This document shows positions 30,416 to 32,000 of a stretch of 32,000 bases of DNA, in pieces. A model generated the notes under the pieces. It did not search any database. It was not told where the DNA came from and saw only the letters and a list, made by a program, of their open reading frames with translations. Each line of letters starts with the position of its first letter. Position 1 is the first letter of the stretch. The translations under genes and the position numbers were made by a program. The DNA comes from Synechococcus sp. A15-28 (lineage in GTDB: Bacteria; Cyanobacteriota; Cyanobacteriia; PCC-6307; Cyanobiaceae), in assembly GCF_014280175.1 (NCBI RefSeq), contig NZ_CP047931.1, forward strand, positions 330,001-362,000, read 5' to 3'.

Positions 30416-32000
30416 ATGACGGTTTCTTCCATGGGGTCGCGCCAGGGCTTGCGCGGCCAGCTCAACAAGCTGCGCAACCTGGCCCAGCCTTTTTTCCTGC
30501 CCCTCGATCAGGCCACGGGCTGGCAATTCGGTGGGTTGCTGGTGGCGCTGCTGTTCTGCGTCGGCGGGTTGGTGCTTGTGGCACTCACCGGTCTGATCAA
30601 CGGGGCCGAGCAGTTGTTGCCGGATCTGACGGCCAAGTATTTCGGGGGGGTCTCCGACACCATCGACACGATCTGGAGCAGTGCCTGGGGGGTGGTGTTC
30701 AGCGGCCTGTTCCTGATGGGTGGTGCGGCGTTCCTGGCGATGCGCCAGCAGCTGCGCAACCGCCGCTGGCTGCATTGGCTGATGCTCGGCGTGATCGTGC
30801 TGATGCTGCTGACGGTCAACGGCATCAATGCCGGTATCGGTTTCATCGCGCGGGATCTCACCAATGCCCTCGTGGCCAAACAGGAGGATGGTTTTTATCG
30901 GATCCTGATCATTTACGCCTGCTGCTTCGTGGTGGCGCTGCCGATCCGGGTGTCTCAGATCTTCTTCACGTTGAAGCTGGGGATCATCTGGCGCGACTGG
31001 TTATCTCGCAGCCTGATCGGGGATTACATGCGCAACCGCGCCTATTACGTTCTCAATCCGAATGATGAACAGGCCACGGATGTCGACAATCCGGACCAAC
31101 GCATCACCGATGACACCCGCTCCTTCACGTCCCAGAGCCTTCAATTCACCCTCGGAGTGTTCGATGCTCTGCTGACCTTTTCCCTCAATATCCTGATCCT
31201 CTGGAGCATCAGTACGACGCTGACGTTGTCACTCTTTGGCTATGCCAGTTTTGCGACGGCAATTCTGGTGATCTCCGGGCGCAGGCTGGTGAGGATCAAT
31301 TTTGATCAGCTGCGCTACGAGGCTGATTTCCGCTACGGCTTGGTTCACATCCGCAATAACGCCGAGTCGATTGCCTTCTATTCCGGGGAAGAGCCGGAGT
31401 CCGCTGAAACCGAGCGTCGTCTCGGTTCCGTTGTTCGCAACTTCAACCTCCTGATCATTTGGCGGGTTATCATCGATGTGATGCGTCGTTCGATCGGATA
31501 TGCCGGAAATTTCTTCCCTTATCTGGTGATGGCCGTCCCTTATTTTGCCGGGGAGATTGATTATGGCGGCTTCATTCAAGCCAACTTCGCCTTCGGAATG
31601 GTGGAAGGATCGTTGTTCTATGTGGTGAATCAGATTGAAGAACTGGCTCAATTCACGGCCGGGATTTCCCGCCTAGAGGGTTTCCAAAGCGAGGTGGAGC
31701 AGGTGAGCAGGGAGGCCCAAGGTGCCGATCCGGTGCAGCTGGGAGCCGAATCAATCGTGGTGCGCCACGCCGACCTCACCCCACCCGGTGCCGACCAGCC
31801 GATCGTGCGGGATCTCAGCCTCAGCGTGGGTGAAACCGACAAATTGCTGGTGGTGGGTCCCTCCGGTTGCGGCAAAACCTCGCTGCTGCGGATGATCAGC
31901 GGTCTCTGGTCCCCCAGCAAGGGGAATGTGGAGCGTCCGCCCACCGGCGAACTGCTGTTCATTCCTCAGAAGCCCTACATGCTGCTGGGGTCGTTACGGG
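30416..32000 (+). CDS. ABC transporter, fused permease/ATPase of the ABCD / SbmA-BacA-like type (ABC_membrane_2). It is 3'-truncated by the window edge.
   Basis: Not in the track because it has no stop in the window. Hand translation from the ATG at 30416 gives MTVSSMGSRQGLRGQLNKLRNLAQPFFLPLDQATGWQFGG... Downstream motifs include YYVLNPNDEQATDVDNPDQRITDDTRSF, NFDQLRYEADFRYGLVHIRNNAESIAFY and Walker A VVGPSGCGKTSLLRMISGLW. The listed + ORF 30376..31065 is an Arg/Ala/Gly-rich off-frame artefact. Confidence 0.85.
   Translation, partial: MTVSSMGSRQGLRGQLNKLRNLAQPFFLPLDQATGWQFGGLLVALLFCVGGLVLVALTGLINGAEQLLPDLTAKYFGGVSDTIDTIWSSAWGVVFSGLFLMGGAAFLAMRQQLRNRRWLHWLMLGVIVLMLLTVNGINAGIGFIARDLTNALVAKQEDGFYRILIIYACCFVVALPIRVSQIFFTLKLGIIWRDWLSRSLIGDYMRNRAYYVLNPNDEQATDVDNPDQRITDDTRSFTSQSLQFTLGVFDALLTFSLNILILWSISTTLTLSLFGYASFATAILVISGRRLVRINFDQLRYEADFRYGLVHIRNNAESIAFYSGEEPESAETERRLGSVVRNFNLLIIWRVIIDVMRRSIGYAGNFFPYLVMAVPYFAGEIDYGGFIQANFAFGMVEGSLFYVVNQIEELAQFTAGISRLEGFQSEVEQVSREAQGADPVQLGAESIVVRHADLTPPGADQPIVRDLSLSVGETDKLLVVGPSGCGKTSLLRMISGLWSPSKGNVERPPTGELLFIPQKPYMLLGSLR

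Overview
High-GC cyanobacterial chromosome segment. Hand sampling gives roughly 60-65% G+C in most genes. It is most consistent with a marine Synechococcus-type picocyanobacterium: psbO, cpcG, a CpcS-family bilin lyase, ycf20, a SufR-controlled suf operon, and at least six GCGATCGC (HIP1) octamers by eye. I support about 38 protein genes, one tRNA-Ala(CGC), three intrinsic terminators and one candidate operator. Most of the window is core housekeeping: NDH-2 (partial), ycf20, coaBC, psbO, sat, ftsH, a KDPG-aldolase-like gene, aroC, cpcG/cpcS, sufR, ftrC-sufBCDS, an S9 peptidase, def, a ComM/YifB-like ATPase, a HIT protein and an ABCD/SbmA-type ABC transporter (partial). Two visibly AT-richer islets interrupt this. 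The first (about 10454-12250) holds two translationally coupled genes, a TylF-like methyltransferase fold and a GT9-like glycosyltransferase fold. They sit between a secreted two-HKD phospholipase-D-family protein and an Asp/Asn beta-hydroxylase. The second (about 22856-25016) holds an orphan RTX protein with ten RCC1-like propeller blades. Other points worth a second look are the sufR / 119-aa unknown / cpcS string, ftrC fused to the front of sufBCDS, a densely structured 228-nt spacer, several unlisted or tiny ORFs, and perfect palindromes near cpcG. No CRISPR array, rRNA, transposase, integrase or phage genes are visible. The many long ORFs antisense to recognisable genes are high-GC shadow frames. 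All family assignments come from motif recognition in the translations, not from database searches.
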